Program-made: the position numbers and the translations under genes | The notes under the pieces: generated by a model | What the model was told of the DNA's origin: nothing | The model's input: the letters and a program-made list of their open reading frames with translations, nothing else | The model's database searches: none | Assembly (NCBI RefSeq): GCF_006345805.1 | Contig: NW_021823709.1 | Span: forward strand, 1-21,455 | Reading direction: 5' to 3' | Length of the DNA stretch: 21,455 nt | DNA from: Octopus sinensis | Lineage: Eukaryota | Part shown: in pieces, positions 19,401 through 21,455 of the stretch | How the letters are laid out: each line of letters opens with the position of its first letter | Position numbering within the stretch: the first letter of the stretch is position 1

Positions 19401-19619
19401 TCTTTATCAGATCCGCTGTTACCACTTCGCTTTCACATTAATGAATCACTCTTGCAATAAATAAAGAAGTAACTACGGAAGATTTCATTTTATCGTGAAG
19501 GTAAGGTAGGTGGGTAGAATTGTAGGAAGCGAAACGGGAGTCGTAAGAACGTAGATCAGAATGTCTCGAGGTTTTTTCCGATACTGTGCTTGCTGAGTTC
19601 AAATTCTGCCGCTTTTCTA

Positions 19620-19830
19620 ATCTAGGCACAAGGCCCGAAAATTTTTAGGAGGGTGGGAGCCAGTCGATTAGATCGACCACAGTACGCAACTGGTACTAAA
19701 TTTATCGACCCCCCGAAAGGATGAAAGCAAAGTCGACTTTGGCGGAATTTGAACTCAGAACATAAAGACTGATGCAATATCGCTAAGCATTTCGCCCGGT
19801 GTGCTAACGTTTCTGCCAACTCGCCGCCTT
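19620..19830 (-). mobile_element. SINE B-related copy
   Basis: atcgacccc..aaggatgaaag..ggcggaatttgaactcagaac..gtgctaacgtttctgcca.ctcgccgcc. Confidence 0.85.
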
Positions 19831-19921
19831 TCTGTTGAGGCCAAATGCAGCGCAAGATGTTTCATTTTAGCAGAAATTCTAATAACCGGCGTGTATATTC
19901 ATGCAATGGATTTACGTTGTG

Positions 19922-20213
19922 TTGTTTGTTTGTTCCTTCTCGAGCCATGCCTGTCTCATAAGGGCCGGTTTCCCGGTTTCTTTGGCGTATAGGTTCCCCA
20001 CCTGGACGGGACGCCGGTCTGTCGCAGGTGAACCGCAAGATGCAGGAGGAAAGAGTGAGAGAGTTAGCAGAAGTTCACCATTACCTTCTGCCGGAGCCGC
20101 GTGGAGCTTAGGTGTTTCGCTCATAAACACACACATCGCCCGGTCTGAGATTCGAACCCGCGATCCCTCGACGGCGAGTCCGCTGCTCTAACCACTAGGC
20201 CATGTGCCTCCAC
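19922..20213 (-). mobile_element. SINE family C, tail type 3
   Basis: Family C head; distinct 3' half ending (AAAC)n; 14-bp TSD ggatttacgttgtg at 19908-19921 and 20214-20227. Confidence 0.88.
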
Positions 20214-20282
20214 GGATTTACGTTGTGCATAGTTATTGTGTAGATTTATGTTGCACATTTGTAGTGTAGATAATTGCTTTAC

Positions 20283-20525
20283 CTCTTTTACTTGTTTCAG
20301 TCATTTGATTGCGGCCATGCTGGAGCACCACATTAAGGGGAGTTTAGTCGAACAAATCGACCTCGGGATTTATTCTTAGTAAGCTTAGTACTCTTTCTAT
20401 CGGGGTTTTTTGCCGAACCGCTAAGTTACAGAGATGTAAACACACCGACACCAGTTGTCAAGCGGTGATGGGGTGGGGGGACAAACACACATACACACAT
20501 AGATACACATACACACACACGCATA

Positions 20526-20584
<59 letters not shown>

Positions 20585-20781
20585 ATCTATATCTATATAT
20601 ATATATATATGTATTTACGATGGGCTTCTTTCAGTTTCCGTCTACCAAATCCACTCACAAGGCTTTGGTCGGCCCGAGGCTATAGTAGAAGACACTTGCC
20701 CAAGTTTCCACACAGTGGGATTGAACGCGGAACCATGTGGTTGGGAAGTAAAGTTCTTACCACACAGCCACACCTGCGCCT
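20283..20781 (-). mobile_element. SINE family A with expanded internal (CTAT)n
   Basis: Full head and tail; microsatellite slot contains (CA)n, (CTAT)n and (TA)n. Confidence 0.9.
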
Positions 20782-20899
20782 GTATACATTGAGAGTGTAG
20801 ATTTTCTGGCGTCAGATTAATGGAATAAGTATTTCATCCCAGATCATCGAGGTAATTTTTTTTTAAGAAGAGATGTATTTTATTTAATATCAATGGATC

Positions 20900-21030
20900 T
20901 TCGTCGCTGTCGACGATGAATGTTGCTTTGGCCACTCAACTGAACTCATTGGATATTCATTGAATTAACGTGAAACTGGCTGAGTGCTCCGCAGGCATAT
21001 TTGACCTTAATGTAATTGTAAAGGAGATTG
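20900..21030 (-). mobile_element. Very old remnant of SINE C tail type 2
   Basis: gaattaacgtg.aa.tggctgag..ctcc.cag aligns to 15175-15230. Confidence 0.5.
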
Positions 21031-21221
21031 GAATTACAATTTGTAATTCCAACTCCAAATGAGATGAGGCGAAAATCTAAAAAAATGAAGAATTCTCCAA
21101 GATTGTCACGCCGTTAAGGAAAAGACTAGCAGACAACCGTGTACACGTGTTTCTGCATCAATATATGTCATCAGCATAGCAGCGTGTCCTACTTTGTCTT
21201 TAGCAGTGCAAATACTCAAAC

Positions 21222-21236
21222 ATATACACACACACA

Positions 21237-21289
<53 letters not shown>

Positions 21290-21316
21290 CACTCTCTCTC
21301 TCTCACTCTCTCTCTC
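21222..21316. repeat. (CA)n(CT)n microsatellite
   Basis: Direct dinucleotide runs. Confidence 0.95.
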
Positions 21317-21455
21317 ATAATCTCAAAATTCAAGGATTCTCTAAAATTGCTATGCTATAATAGAAAAGACAGTATTATTGTCTGAAGACTAGGGGACAGT
21401 TGTATAAACGTGTTTCAGCCTCAATAAGCGTCAGCAGCACAGCCATCGTTCTGTT

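Overview
AT-rich, repeat-dominated animal genomic DNA. The repeat families look to me like those of Octopus (recognition, not a search). Only one intact protein-coding gene is supported: a solitary, divergent histone H2B variant (17397-17783, minus). It has an AATAAA signal rather than the histone stem-loop, and a candidate 5'UTR intron. The rest is mostly mobile DNA: four tRNA-derived SINE families (called A-D here), a decayed DD37D/maT and a DD37E (TRT-like) Tc1/mariner element, two non-autonomous Helitrons, a CR1 LINE 3' end, two MITEs and many microsatellites. The most striking unannotated signal is a family of short (about 260-390 bp) related elements, each carrying a minimal type I hammerhead ribozyme with a palindromic stem III; two also have an inverted terminal duplication. 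They look like Penelope-like or retrozyme-type elements, and the copy at 7890-7950 (minus) has an intact catalytic core. Almost all other ORFs in the track are microsatellite or SINE artefacts. All alignments and counts were done by hand, and the ends of decayed repeats are approximate.
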